The translations under genes were made by a program, and so were the position numbers. Under the pieces are notes generated by a model. The model ran no database searches. It saw only the letters and a program-made list of their open reading frames with translations, and had not been told where the DNA came from. Below are positions 1-17,200 of a stretch of DNA of 64,000 bases, one piece after another (position 1 is the stretch's first letter; every line of letters starts with the position of its first letter). Source of the DNA: Piromyces finnis finn (taxonomy: Eukaryota; Fungi; Neocallimastigomycota); the NCBI GenBank assembly GCA_002104945.1, contig MCFH01000079.1, forward strand, positions 62,001 to 126,000, given 5' to 3'.

Positions 1-1027
<1,027 letters not shown>

Positions 1028-1558
1028 CTTTATTAAATAAATATATTTATGAATTTATCCTTTATCACATATATATTTAAATTAATTTAATTCAAATAAA
1101 CCTGTTCAAGTTTTTTGTTTACAATATTAGTATTTAATATTATTTTTGTGTGGATGATTTTAATTTTAATTTAAATTTTTGTGTAATATAATAATATTAA
1201 AAATAATATAATTAAAATATTAATATTTATAATTATGAAATTTTAAAATTTTAAATAAAACAAATAAAGACTTTTTTCATAAAATAACGATACTTTTCTT
1301 TTAGCTAAAAACCTTTTTTTTTTTTTTTTAATTTTTTGCTATTAATATTTATTTATATATTAAAATAATATATATAAGTAAATGCTTTTTAGAAAATAGT
1401 TTATTAGATATTAAATATGTTAATATAATACCAATTACTATTCTTTTTAAAAAATATATAGATAAAAAATATTAAAAGTTTAGCTTAGGATAATTAATTC
1501 AATTGAAGATATATATTATAACACTTAATTACATGCATTTAATTAAAATATAAAGAAA

Positions 1559-4500
1559 ATGTATGGTGTAAGAAATGTCAATGTCTTTAAACTAAAACCT
1601 GATAACAAGATTTCGGAATTATCTGCTTTTAGCTTTGTTCCAAAATGTAATATAAATTCTAATAAAAATATAACAACAAATATCATTGGAAAATTTCAAT
1701 ACTTAAAGGAAATAACACATCCTAATTTATGTCAGTATATTAACATAACGAAAAATAGAAAAGGTATATAAAATAAAGGAATAATTTAAATTAAAGTTAA
1801 TGAATGTAATAATTTTAACATTTTAAAATTTATAATATTTTATATTATAAAAATGTAATATTTTAGATAGACTATTCGTTGTTTCCGAATATTTTGAAAA
1901 TTCTTTAGAGAGTCATTTAAAAGAATGGTAACTTTCATAATAATGTTATTAAAATGTTTTTATTATTTCATTAATTATTAAATTAAATACATTCTAAAAA
2001 AAAAAAAAAAACAATTATATATTAGCAAGAAAATTACAAATATTTCTAGAATACGAAAATTAACATTTCAAATTTTAAGTGCATTGATGTTTATAAATTC
2101 ACATGGAATTATTAATAGAAATTTAAGTTTAAAAAATATCTTACTAGATTTTAATGTACATATTTTTGCTTTATTGTTTTATTATAATTATTATGATTAT
2201 TATAATAAAAATAGCTATTTAATATTAATTATAATTGTTTTGATACTAAAAATGAAAAATAATGTTTTCTTTAAATAATTTAATATATAAAGAATAATGT
2301 TAAATTAGATAATTGGGGTTTTTATGATTTTACTAATAAAGGCAAAGACGTTCAATTTCCAATAGGGTACTCACTTTAAAAAAAAAAAAAAAAAGCTATT
2401 AATTAAATTTCATTAATTTGTATATATTTTATTAATTAATATAATTAAAAAAAAAAAAAAAAAAAAGAAATCCGGAATTTTATGCACCTGAAATTATTAA
2501 ACATCATAAATGTAATTTAAAAGTAAGAACGTATTATTTGTATAAAGTTCAAATAATATCATAAATTCAATTGAAGTTTATTAATATTTATAATTATATA
2601 AAATTTAATGTTTAATTAAAAGGCCGATACTTGGGCATTAGGAATTATACTTATATACATATATATAGGCCATTTACCATTTAATGTTGATAGTAATCTT
2701 TTTTTAGAAGAATTATTTGAAGCAATATTATCCATAAAAAAGGTAAATAATGAAAATGATTCACACTTAACTGGAAAAAAACAATTTTGTGGGGATTTAT
2801 TAAGTTTTTTCGAAGATGAATTAAAAGAAGAAAATGAAGATATAAAAATATTTAAAGATTTTGTGCTAACATGCTTAGAACCGGATTCAAAAAAGAGACC
2901 AACACCTTCAGATTTACTGTGTCATGAGTTTGTTAAAGAGTTAAATGAAAATTCAAATGAAGGAGATGAAGTCTTATCACCAATTTTTAAAAAAGATTTT
3001 CTTTTTTCAGAAATGGTTAAAGATATTATAGATAATGAAAATGAAAATTCTATTGAAAAATCAATTTCTAACATAACTAGATATAAAAATATTATTGCCG
3101 ATGAGGATTTCAATGATTTAGAATTAGAAAAATTACAACCTAGAGTAATATTTTATTTATGGAAACTAGCCGGAGGAGATCTTGAATATGAATTCATTAA
3201 ACAAGAATTAATAAGTTTACCATCAATTTATAGAGTTAAAAATGCATCTCAAGTGTATTATACATTAAATGATAATCAAGTAGTTAATGCAGTAGATATT
3301 AACAATTCATTTCAGCAAGTATCTGATCCAGAAAATTTATATCAAGAAAAAAAAATATTGTTATCTATAGATTATTTAATATCTCAATTTAATGAGTATA
3401 AGAAATTTAATAAAAAACAAGATTATTTAATTGACATGCTAAATAGCAACAATAATAATTATTTTATATCAAAAAATGGTATAAGTCAAGAAAAAGAAAT
3501 GACTTTTAATGAATTTATGAAAAATAATAATAATGATGTGATAGATTTTTGGAATTCATCTGAAAGTATAAAGGTAAGATTAAAAAGTGAAAATTATTAT
3601 ATTTAAGAAAGACATATTATATATATATATATATATATATATAATTTCTATTTTAATTTTAACCATTTAATTAATGTCATAAAAAAAAAAAAAAAACAAA
3701 TTGACTTTGAATATCTAAATATAAATAGAACAACGAGTATATTAGTAAATATGATGAAATAAATAAAGTAATAGACAATAATGATAAACAAAGTAATAAA
3801 GAAGGTGAAATTAAAGCGAACGTTGAACTTTCATATAATTCTTCAGTTTTAGATAAAGATATTGTATTTCAATATGGAAGAATAAAACTCTTTGATCGTT
3901 TGTTAAATCAATTTCCTTCCTCATGGAACGAATTTATACAGGAGGCCAAAATTCATATATCACCAGTGAGTATATTATAAATAACTATTAATATAAAATA
4001 TATTTGAGTAATGTCTAACATTAATTTACATGTATTATATATAAATACAAGTATTTAAGAGGAAAGATATGGGCTGCAATTTTAGGTGTTACAGGTGATT
4101 CAAAGGTTATATATAATTCTCTCTGTGAAAAATGTGATTTAATTTATAATGATTCGAATATAAATAATAGTAATTTAGAGCTTGAAAGACAGGTATGCAT
4201 TATTAATATTTTAAATATAATTATTATTTTCTAAAAATTAGTATATTATTTATAATATCTTTATAAGTTTCTATATATATATTTGTTATTTATTTAATCG
4301 GTTATTTCTAAACTTTTAATAATAATTTCATAGCTAGAAGCTGATATTCCTAGATGCCATCAAGTAAGTAATATTGAAAATAAATAAATATTCATTAAGT
4401 AACATTATATTTAAAAATATATATAAAAAATAAATATATATAGTATAATGATCTTCTAAGTTCAGATATTGGTCATAATAAACTAAAAAGAGTTATTAAG

Positions 4501-6221
4501 TGTTGGAATATTGCAGAATCTGGTAATTTAGTATATTGGCAAGGTAAATTAATATGGATATAAATGAATAATAAATAAATGAATATGTTTCATTTTTTGA
4601 AACTAATGAAAAACTGCTTTATTTTAACGTTTTACTATATCTTAGGTCTTGATTCTGTTTGCGCACCATTTGTAGCATTAAATTTCAATGAAGAAGTAAT
4701 GAGTTATAATTTTTTATTATTATAAAAAATCAAGTTTTAATTTTTAAAATAATTATATAAATTTAATAGGAAATAGCATTTTCTTGTTTATTAAAATTCA
4801 TTAAGAATTATATGTATGGTTTATTTAAAATAGATAATTCTTATTATATTCGAAGGTAAAAAAACTATTATTAAATGATGCTTTATTTGAGATATTATTG
4901 AATTAATTAATTGATAAGAAATTTGTTGTGAAATCTAAAAATCTACCTTTTTTTTTTTTTTTTTTATAATTCAGTTATTTAATTGCTATGAGTCATATTA
5001 TTTCTTATCATGATCCTGAATTAGGAAGTTATTTAAAAAAAATTAATCTTACACCTGATATATATGCTATTCCATGGTTTATGACTATGTTTACTCGTAA
5101 TTTTATTACTTATATATAATTGTTTATTAAAATTAGATTGATAACTAAAATTTATGTAATATATATACAGATGTATTTCCTTTGGATAAAATTTATATGA
5201 TATGGGACAAGATTTTAATCGGAAAACCATCATTACCATTATTTATCGGATCAGCTATTGTTATCCAATTAAGATCAGAGATATTGAATGGCGACTTTGA
5301 TGAAGTAATACAAATTAAATATAAAGTTTATATATATATAATTAATTAATTGATAATAAAAATAACAATAATAATATAATTATATATATTAGAGTGTTTT
5401 ATTATTGACAGAATTATCAGCAATTAATATTGATAAATGCCTTGAAAAAGCACAGTTATTATTAAGAATGTCACCAAAGTCAATTGTGCCCGATTTTTTG
5501 AATATAATAGATTCAACAAAAATCAGTAATGATAATTTAGATGATATTGTTATTACTGAAGATTTAGATACGTTACATTCTGATGAGCTTGCACCAAGAA
5601 TTAAAATTGAAGATTTTAAAAAGATGTACAATAAATCTTTAATTTTAGATGTTAGAAATGAATCTTTATTAACACAATCAGAAGATAATGGATATATAGT
5701 AATTTCACCAAGTGGATCATTTTTACAAGGGCATATAAAAAATTCAATTTCAATACCATATTATGAAAATGATATTCTTCCAACATCACTTATTAATTAT
5801 ATAAAAATCCTTAATAAAGATTATCAATACGTTGTAGTTGTGGGTGAAGAAGAAAGAGCAATAAAGGTATTATATATTTATTATAAAATGAAATATTCAA
5901 TTTATATAAATTTTATTTTAATTATGTATATTAAATAATAATTATAAAAAGCTTGCCGAACAATTAATTACCGAATGTATACAAAGAGTATCTTATTTAA
6001 ATGAAAATAATATCAATAAAGAAACTTTTGAATCTTGGGAAGAGCCTGATATTTGGTGTTGTAAAAAGCCAGAGAGTGAGAAATTTTATATTGATGATAA
6101 TTCAGATGATGCTAAATCATTAGATATTGCAAGAAATTTATCACCAATATCACCCCGTTCTTTCAATAGTGACCATCCATTTGAAAATACACAAACCTTT
6201 ATTATTTATAAGTGCCAATAA
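1559..6221 (+). CDS. TBCK: TBC domain-containing kinase-like protein (pseudokinase + TBC/RabGAP + rhodanese), multi-exon
   Basis: Spliced translation gives a kinase fold (HPNLCQY, INRNLSLKNILLD, LDNWGF, FYAPE, ADTWALG, KKRPTPSDLLCHEF), the TBCK motif FYLWKLAGGDLE, a TBC domain (RGKIWAAILG, LEADIPRCHQY, VYWQGLDS, YAIPWFMTMF) and a rhodanese domain (LILDVR...GHIKNSISIP). Stop at 6219-6221. Confidence 0.93.
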
Positions 6222-6550
6222 AATTTATTTATTATACTAATATAATAAGGATAATAAACAATAATAAATTATATATATTTTTAGCACATTTTCCATTATA
6301 TAAAGAAGATAAAAATAATAACTTCTAGAAATAATTATATGTAAATAATATTTAATAATATATTCTTTTTAAATAAAATTCTTTTATTTTTATTTTTTCA
6401 AATATAATTTTTTGCTATTTACATATATTACAGATTTATTATTAATTTATTTTCACTTTTATTAATATATAAGTGTATATTTAAATACTTATTTTATAAT
6501 TAATATCATTAATAAAAGCGTGAATAAAATTAAAAAATTATTATAAATGC

Positions 6551-7893
6551 TTATATATTAAAAATGCATTCATCATAGATGTTTTGTTTACATAATTCAA
6601 TGTTATCTTTATAATATTTTTCTTTCTTAATATTAGTTAATTCCTCAATTTCTTCCTCTGAATTGTCAGATTCAGTTAGTATATATTCTTTAGAAAAATA
6701 ATTATCTAATAATAATTCATGCTTGTTTTTTATATCATCAAGTTCAAAAACATTGTTATAACTATAAAAATTTGTTTCAGTTGTTTCATTTTCAAATGAC
6801 TTTTTTATATTATTATTATTTTCATAATATTCATCAGGATCAACCTTACTGAATAGACAACCTCTATCAATTACATCATTAGAATTAACCTTTTTGTTTG
6901 ATAGAGATTTGAATGTTATATAATTATAATTATTGTTATAATTATTATCATAGTGATAATCCTTTTTTCTAGAATGATTATTTCTTGTATGATTAAGATA
7001 GTTTTTTATAAAAGTATCATTTTTCTTTATTGAATTATTATTTCCCGAATTAAAGAACTCATCTTCATCAAGATCCTTTCTTTTACTTTCAGTTTCATAA
7101 ATAAAATCAGCAATTTCATTAAAGCTTGCTATTGTACTACCAATATTAAATTTCGACTCTGGCTGAGGTGATGCAATTTTATCATATATAATAGTATTAT
7201 TTTTGGGACTCGGGATTTTAATTCCTGTAACATTGTCATATTTAAATGGACTGGAACTTAAATATTCACTTGACGAATCAGAAAAATATTCATTCTCATT
7301 GATATAATTTTCACTATAGGTATTATTTGAAAAAATATTTTCATCAATGTCAACATTTGATATATTAAATTTATTATCTATAATAATATACAATTAAAAA
7401 AAATATAATTAATACTTATTATAACAATATATTAATTATAATATTTAAAGTAATTACCATCATCTTCATTATTTCTTTTTTCAATATTTTTTTTGAATGT
7501 TTTTAATTCGATTAAATTTTCACTTGATAAATATCTTTTTGTCTCTGAATTATTTAATTCTTCATAACTGTTAAAGGGATAGTAAAGGGTATCATTTCTA
7601 TTATGAAGTTCTCTTGGATTTTCGAAAATACTTATATCAATTTTATTTTTTGGAACATGTTCCCAATTTCCATTATTAATATTTTTCTTTTCTTCTATTT
7701 TATTAATAAATTTCTTTATTGGTATTCCTGCTTTATTAATGAAATCATTCTCTTTTTCAGTAATACTGCATTTAATTATATCATTTACTTTTTTATTATT
7801 ATTTTTATGATAATTATAAGGTTCAATTGTTTTATCTATTTGTACATTTTTTAATTCCTTCCTGATTGATGAATAGCTATTATCAAACTTCAT
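6551..7893 (-). CDS. Hypothetical low-complexity protein, 2 exons (intron 7457-7378)
   Basis: Two long ORFs joined in phase by a GT-AG intron (GAT G|GTAATT...TAG|AT AAT). No recognised domain. Confidence 0.65.
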
Positions 7894-9381
7894 GTTTTTA
7901 TATACTTTTTATTTTTAATTAATTTATAACAATATATTTATATATATATATATTACTTTTTTTTTTTTTTTTTACTAATAAGTAAAAAAAAAAAAAAAAC
8001 TATTAAATTACAAAAAATATAAAATAATAATAGATTAATAAAATTTTTGGTATATTAATATTTACAATGAATTTATTAACAGCAATTATTAAATAATTAC
8101 TGATTATTTTTACAGAATATTATTATTGAGTATTTATAACTAATAACTAATAATCTATTATAATATATATTATAAATTTTTTATTATATTACAATTTCAT
8201 TTTTTTTTTTATTTTTTTTATATTTAAAATGAAACTAATTATACAATTTATTTTTAATGAAATGTTTTTTACTTTATATATTCTAGTAGTTTATAGATTG
8301 TGATGATTTGTTATACAGTTAATTATATATATATATAATTAAACTTAATCAGTTTTAAGCATGATATGAATAAAAAAATCTTATTGTTAAAATTAAAAAT
8401 GAATTCTATTTATTATATTTATTGTCAAATGCTTTTGCTTTAATTATGAGATTAATTGGGAGGTATAATTTGATTTAAATATTATACAAAATTTATATAG
8501 TATTAAATTTTATTAGAAAAATGAATAGCATTAATTTATTCTTATGTCCTTATTTAATTATTCAATATAAAATAATGTTTATTTTTTGCTATGTCATTCC
8601 TTATAATATATTTGATTAATTTTCTTTAATTAAATATATATATTAAGTATATTCTTTTATATATTATTATATATATTATTGTATGTATCATCCTTTTTTG
8701 CATTAAATATAAAAATAATAGATGTAAACCATGATATTTTTAATTTTAAAACTCTATTAATAAGTATGAAAATGTCATATAAGAAATTGATCAAAATAAA
8801 AAAAAAAAAAGATAAATATATGAAATAGAAAAAAAAAAGTTTATTATATATTAATTTCCTTTTTCACATTCTAACTTAAAATATAACTTTATGGAGAAAA
8901 TATATTTTTTTAAAAATTTAAATAGTTGTGTGGTAGATTAATTATAATTATAACCAGATAATTTAATAACAAAAAACGACAAATAAGATTAATTTATTTG
9001 TTAATCAAAACCAGATATTGAAAAATCTTAATATGTGATATTAGTTAAAATAAACAAGGTTAAAATAAAAGAATTAAATTATATTAAATATGATTATTAA
9101 CTTTATTCTAAAGTTTATTTATAGGTGCGGAAGATTATAAAAGAATAAATTATTTATTCATCATATTTTTCTATTTTTTAATTATTAAACTATTAATTTT
9201 CATAGTACAATTCATTAATAATTTAATATAATAATTAAAATAATTATATTAATAAGTTGATGTAATACTATTTTTTTAATTTCAAGAAATAAAATATCAC
9301 ATTATAATCATAAATAATATAGTTGTAAAATTGATATATCATGTACTAAGTCATTTCTTTCCAAATTGTAACATTTATTAT

Positions 9382-11037
9382 TTAAAAACCATATTTTCTA
9401 CCACTAATTTTACGATTGGCTTTTCTTTGAAGATTAGCTTCCAAAAGTTCTGTTTCTTTGGCCTTTGCTTGAAAAGCTAAATACATAATGTTATGTTTAC
9501 TTTTCTGTTTAAAAGATGGCTTAAATCCCTAGTTTTATTTTATTTTATTTTTTTTTTATAAAGAAATAGTTAAATTTTAATACATTGTAGATTAATTTTT
9601 AATTTTATTATTTATTTTAACTTACTTGCGATATTCCTCTAAAGTTTAATGATGGTTGATTACTCATAGAAATTTGTTTTGTACGCTCAACTTCATATAC
9701 GTCTGATATTTGATCTTTTTGATTGACTTCTTTTATTTCGCCTATATTAAACTCACCCATTTCTTGAAGTTTTAATATCTTTATATATATATAATATTTT
9801 AGTTTAAAGTATATTTAAATATTATAAATGACTTCTTTTTATATTAATAATCAGAAATTACATTATTATTAAAATCAGAATTTGAAGCTCCTGCTTCTGG
9901 GTAGTAATATTGATTATAATTATTATAATAATCATAATTATAAGCTTCTACATTTTGTGGGTATTGGTATTGATTATTGTCATAGTTTTGTTGATTATTA
10001 TAATGAATATAGTTATTTGAAGATTCATTAGAATTATCTATTTCTGGATTTGCTTTTATTTCAGGTTTCTCATCATTTTCTTGTATATTTGTTTCTAAAT
10101 TTTCATTTAATTCTTTTGAATCAATTTCTAAAGTTTTTTCTGGGGTATCTTTAAAAATATATGGAAAATTAAAAATAAAACAAATAAATTAATACATAAA
10201 TATATTTATATAACAACAACAACAACAACACAATAATAATAATAATAATAAAATTTAAAATTTCTTTTTTTTCAAGAATATATATATTTATATATTAAAT
10301 ATTATAAATAATATTAATAAAGAATTTCAAAATTATTAAAACCAACCTAATGAGAAGAAATCATTTACAATTCCTTCATCTTCTTCTTTTACTTCATCTT
10401 TTACTTCATTTTTATTATCCATCTTTTCTTTTTCTTTCATTTTTTTCTTTTCTTCTTTTCTTTTTAAAGATAATGGTATCATTCCAAAAGTAGTGTTTGC
10501 TTTATTTTCCTTTTTCTCATCAGTTTTATTGCTATTTTTTGGGGAGGGTAACAAAGAAAATAGACCCTGTTTTTCTTCCTTATTCATATTCTTTTCTACA
10601 TAAAAATTATTAGTATTACCATTTTTACTTAACTTTCTTCTTCTTTCTTCTTCAATTTCACGTTTTAATTCAGCTGTTTCATCATCATCGTCATCCTCTA
10701 TTGGTGCTGCTATTAAACTTATATATTTTCTTTTTCTATCCGACGCTACTTTATTTTCTTTATTTTTTTTTGGTTGAGGAAGTTGAGAAAAAAGTGAATG
10801 CTTTTTGGAATTATTATCTATAGCTGAGAAAATGGACTTGTCTGTTTTTTTTGGAGGTGGAAGAATACTTGATAATTTATTGTTATTAGATACTATTGTT
10901 GTAAATTCTGAATCTTTTTTATTTTTGTTATTGATTACATTACTTATATTTTCTTCTTTTTTTGGAAAAGTAATTTCTTCATTATCACTTTCACTTTCTG
11001 AACTGGATCCATAACTTGCTAACAATGATAGAGACAT
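9382..11037 (-). CDS. PRCC: PRCC-family protein, multi-exon
   Basis: N-terminus MSLSLLASYGSSSESESD, LPPPK/LPQPK motifs, and C-terminal exon KQKSKHNIMYLAFQAKAKETEL...RKYGF*, matching the PRCC C-terminal signature (RKHQITYL..QAKERE...KYGF). Confidence 0.88.
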
Positions 11038-11729
11038 TTTTGTATTTAACTACTTTTACTTTCAATTTTTAATTTATATTATTGTTGTTCTATGATAACT
11101 TATTCTAAATTTCTTTTCAATATTTCAATTTTTAAAATAATTAAATTTACAATAATTTTTATAATTATTATTTTCAATTCTTTTATAATTTAATTAAAAA
11201 ATATAAAATAGTTATTTTAAAGAAGCTTTAACATTTTTAATTTTATAGATTATTGTGCAACATTGAAAATACACGTGAATATATGACCATTTTACATTTA
11301 AATATGTATATAGTAAAATCGTTATTATATGATTGGGTATTTTATGATAAATTTTTAAATTTTATATAATTTTTATTTTTATATAGTAGTAAAGTATTTA
11401 AAAGATTTAATAAAACCAATAATATATTCAATATAATCATAATAAATTAGTATTATATATAAAGATACATTTGCATAATATTAAAGTTTTTATTTTAAAA
11501 TTATCCAAATTAATTTTTTTTTTCTTGTTGTAGTTAATAAAGGATATTACAAAGCTATACTTAACCTTTTTTGATATACAAGTAAAGTTTTGAAAGGTAG
11601 ATATTTTAAAGTATGATATATATATTATATTTATATAAAAACTAATAAATGATTCATAATATATATCATTTTTTTTAAAATTTAAATTGTACAATTATTT
11701 TTTATATAATTTTTAAAATTTAATTTAGA

Positions 11730-12830
11730 ATGGCTACTAAAAATCCAAAATTAAAAATTTCAAAAGGACAATATTCAGTATATGATTTATTAGATAGAGC
11801 CAAGAAATGTCAAGAAAACTATGACTATGATATGGCTAATAGATATTGTAAAAGAGCCATTGAAATGGAACCAGATAATGTTGAAGTTTTAGAAAATATT
11901 GGTTCTATATTCATGGATTTTGGTGATTGGGATTCAGCAAAAGAAGTATTATTTTTTTTTTCTTAAAAATATTATATTTACATATGAATCTATTATTTTA
12001 TAATTGTTATTTTTTTTTATTATTTTCAATATATGATAATAATATAACATTTATAAATTATCCTTAATTAAAAATAATTATAAATGCAATTTCCTATTAT
12101 TTAATAATAATAAAAAATTTATATAATAAAGCTTTTCGAAAGATGTGTAAGTTTAAGTCCAGATACAGGATATCAAAAATATATGTATTTAGGTCAAGTT
12201 AATGTGGCTGAAGATGCTGTTAATTTCTTCCAAAAGGGAATTGAACTTATGATAAAGGAATTAAATACTTTCCCAGCAAATTCCGAAAAAGTATTATTAG
12301 AAATCAAATATTCATTATTATAATAATGTCGATTTTAGATATTAATAATATAAAAATACTTATTATTAAATAAATTTTTACTATATTAAGGCTAAAGATT
12401 TAAGTAAAAAGATTTCTTCAGCGTTATGTTCAATTGTAGAAATGTATATGACAGATTTATGGTAATTTTATAATATTTTAATATAATGAAAATATATATA
12501 ATTATTTTTTTTTTAAAAAAAATAAAAATAAAAATATATTATAATTCATAAAAATATATAAATAATAATAATAATATTTTATAAATATATTTTAATCTAT
12601 ATGCATTTTAATAATATTAAAGTGATGAACCAAATGCCGAAGAAAATTGTGAAAAATATATTCTTGAAGCCGAAAAGTATTGTAATAATAATTATGAAGT
12701 ATATCAAACTATGGCTTCAGTAAGAATGAGTCAAAATAGACAAGAAGAAGCAAAGGAACTTGTAATAAAAAGTATTAATTTATGGAAAGATTTAAGTGTT
12801 GGTATGTAATTTATTGTTAATATATATTCA

Positions 12831-12863
<33 letters not shown>

Positions 12864-13553
12864 ATACTATAATCTTTTTTTTTTTTTTTTTTTTTTTTTA
12901 TTTTATCTGATTATTATATTATAATATATTATTATTATTAAAATATATTTTTATTGCTTAAACTATATATATATATATTAAAGATGATGAAAACTATCCA
13001 GAATATCCAATTCGTGTTAATTTAGCTAAATTAATGCTTGAACTTAAAATGAATACCGATGCTTTATCATTATTACAAAGTTTACTTCAAGAAGATGATG
13101 AAATTGTTGAAGTATCTTATCTTTGTGGTTGGTGTTACTATTTATTAGGTGAAGAATTAGATGAAAATGGTAAAATTGATGAACAAGTTAGAAAAGAAGC
13201 TTGGGAAGATGCTCGTTTATGTTTCATAAATGTTGAAAGTGTAAATAAATATATATATATATTTGATAATAATATTCTTTTTAATTTTTCTTTTTATTTT
13301 ATTAATACTATTAAATTATGTTCAATCTATTAAAATTTACAAATATATATATTATTATTATTAAAAAAAAAAAAAGTTAATAAATAGATTTGGTCTTTCA
13401 TCACCTGATGATCAACAAGTATTAAACCACTCAATAGAATTAAAAAATAAGATTACCAGCGTTATTGGAGAAATTTCAAATATTCCTGAACAAAATATTG
13501 AAATTAATGATGATGAATGGGAAGATATTGATAATGAAATGGATTTAGAATAA
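11730..13553 (+). CDS. ACL4: Assembly chaperone of Rpl4 (TPR protein), 6 exons
   Basis: TPR repeats plus KYMYLGQ, ISSALCSIVEMYMTDLCDEPNAEENCE, EVYQTMASVRMSQ and EDDEIVEVSYLCGW motifs. All five introns join in phase. Confidence 0.9.
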
Positions 13554-14229
13554 ATAATCAAATATTAAAGTCATCCTTAATCACTAGACCTTTTTTTTTT
13601 TTTTTTAAAAAAATATATATATATATATATATAACATTAGTTTTTAATAATAATTATTAAATCTATTGTTAACAATAATTAATATTTAAAATGGAAAAAA
13701 TTAAAGAATAAAACACAGAAATTTCAATAATTACTGATAATAGAATATATTTGATAGAGATAGATTAAATTCTTTATACTTTTATATATAAAAAAAGAAA
13801 AACTCATTCATTATATTAAACTATGTAAAAAAATAAAATAACATTATTTAAATCTTATAATTGATTCAATATATAAATAGCAAATAAAATATTTAAAGTA
13901 AAATGTATAGAAAAATAATAAAAAACTTTTAAAATTTATTATTTTATATAAATTATGTGCTTTTTTTATAATTTAATTTTTATTAAGTTATTTTTTTTTT
14001 TTTTTTTTTTCCATTTTTTTTATTTTTTTTTTTCATTTTTTATTTTGTTATTTTTTTATATTTTAATATTTTTATATTTTATGATAATTTATGATAATGA
14101 ATGCTATTATCTTTATTATTTTAATTTATTTTTAAATTTTTATAAAGTACTTGCTTATTTTTTTTTTTAAAAAAAAAAAAAAAATCAAAAAACGAGAAAC
14201 TATTTATTACTTAAAATTATATATATAAA

Positions 14230-17200
14230 TTAATCTAAAGCTTGAATTTGGTTTAAGAGATTGTCAATGTTCTTGTTTATATCCCCGATCATAACAACAT
14301 CTCTATAATTACCTCCAAGTTCGACAATTTTTCTAATATCTTCTATTGATTTTCCATAATATGATTCTGAGGTTAGATTATCTGAGGAACTTGGTATAAT
14401 TTCATTCTCACCCATATATTCAGAAAATTCGTCAATATTTTGTTTGTTTATGAAAAGTCTAGCACAATTCATTGGAACATTAGAAATTAATTGATCGAAT
14501 GGATATGATTGATTTTTTAAACCAATTATAATTAACATATTAACATCAAGTTTATCAGCTTCACAGAAGTTTAAGAATTTTTCTTCAATATTATCAGCGG
14601 AGAATATAATATCTGGTTGTAATAAACCTTGGCATTTTGGACATTCTGGCAATAAATTTTCATTAATTTTATTCCAGTAGCAATTTTCCTCTTCCTCTAT
14701 TTGAAGAGTATTTTGACATTTTGTACATTTCTTTGGACAATAGAAAGATCCATAGGATGTGATAATTTTTTCTTTTGGAATATTCATTTTGAATTCCATC
14801 ATATCAACATTTGTTGTAAATAAATACTTTAATAAATCTTTTTCATTTAATAAGCTAATAAGCTTATGAACATTTGATTTTTCTATTTCATTTTTATATA
14901 TTGGATAGTATTTTTCTTTGACAATTTCATTAAATTGTTTACAATTCTATTAACATATTAATATATATATAATTAAAAAGAAAGGAATTAGTATTATAGA
15001 TTACTAAAATAATTTTAAAAATTTTTAAAATTTTACATTAATATAGGCATTGGTATCATAGGCTAAAGATTCAAGTTCAGATAAAGATGGCATATTTAAC
15101 TTTTCCATATAATCATCACCCAATAAAACAGCAATCTTTAAGTTTTTATTTTTCATTCCTTTATTTATTATTTTAGAAATACCACGAGTTGAAACATCAC
15201 CGTCTAAAACACTCATACGTTCTTTTAATGGAATTTGTAAATGTCTTCCTAATTATTCATTATATTATTAATTATATAAAAATATAAATGAACAAAATTA
15301 TTAGAATATTAGGTCCTATACAATTAAATTATAATATTTTTGGTTATTTATTAATGTATAATTACTCATTAAAGGATGTTGAAAATATTCGGCTGGTGGA
15401 TCCTTTACAGTTGGTGAAAAGGTATTAAAGAAATCTGGATACATCTTTTTTATGTGTTCTTCTATTTTATTATATACTTCCTTTGAACAAGCAGCTATGA
15501 AAAAAAAAATTATTTTGAGAGATTATTATTTAATAAATTTTATAATTATGTTAAAGTTATATTTATTTATATAAATGAAATATAATACTTACAACTTTGT
15601 TGTGAAAGAACGTGTAAGCAGCACCATCCATACTTATTTTCCTTTCTTGGATCGGCACCATATTTTAATAATAAATCAACAATATCAGGTAAATATTGGC
15701 TATCATGCCAACATGAAGAAAGTAAAGGAGTTGATCCAGAGAAATCAACACTATCAACATATTCTTCTAAGTTTGCTTCTTTAGCTTTTTCTAATAAAAT
15801 TCTAATTGTTTCTATTGGGCTATTAATAATGGATTGGCAAGCATGATGAAGAGCAGTAGATCCATCATTATCACGATAGAGCATATTTTGTATCAAATCC
15901 TTATTTCTTAATAATAAGCTAACAATATCACTTTGTGCTTTAGAAGCAGCTGAGATTAAAGGTGTGAAACCAAACATTGTTGGGGTTAATATATCAACAT
16001 TTGGTTTTTCTAATAAATATTGGATAATTTCAATATGACCTCTCATAATGGCTGAGGTTAAAGGAGTTGAACCATCCCTACTAGTTATATTGATATCTAT
16101 ATATTTATTTAAATATAAATATATGAGGTATGAGCTACTATTAACTTTGTTATTCGATTATTATCTTTATAATTATATACATTAATATTTATTATGCTTT
16201 AATAATTACCAGCTCCAGCTTCAACCAATAATTTTGTAGATTCTAAATCACCCATAATTGAAGATTCATGTAATGCTGAACATTTTGATTTATTAAGCAT
16301 AAATAATGGATCATCATCCCATAACTCAGCAGCAGGTTTTTGACGAGCTTCCAAAATAAGTTTAACAATTTCTGGGTTATTATTATGGGCTGCGTAATGT
16401 AATGGAGTACGTCCATCGATAACCGGAATGGAGGGATCAGCATCATGCTATATTTAATTATTATATATTATTAAGCATAAAATTTTATTAAATTTTTTAT
16501 TCATTAAATGAATTATTATTATTTAAATTTAATACTTTATATAACACATACATTTAATAATAATTCAACAATATCGGTATAGCCATTACAAGATGCCATT
16601 AATAGAGCTGTGCAACCTTTTGAATCTATTATAATACAAAGAATAGTATGGTAAATTAATTTAAACATTAATTCAATAATAATAAAACTAAACTAAACTA
16701 AACTAAACTAAACTAAACTAAACTAAACTAAACTAAACTAAAATAAAATAAAATAAAATAAAATAAAAAAAAAAAAAAAATAAAATAAAATAAAATAAAA
16801 TAAAATAAAATAAAATAAAATAAAAATAAAATAAAATAAAATAAAATAAAATAAAATAAAAATAAAATAAAATAAAATAAAATAAAATAAAATAAAATAA
16901 AATAAAATAAAATAAAATAAAATAAAATAAAAATAAAATAAAATAAAATAAAATAAAATAAAATAAAATAAAATAAAATAAAATAAAATAAAATAAAATA
17001 AAATAAAATAAAATAAAATAAAATAAAATAAAATAAAATAAAATAAAATAAAATAAAATAAAATAAAATAAAATAAAATAAAATAAAATAAAATAAAATA
17101 AAATAAAATAAAATAAAATAAAATAAAATAAAATAAAATAAAATAAAATAAAATAAAATAAAATAAAATAAAATAAAAAAAATAAAATAAAATAAAATAA

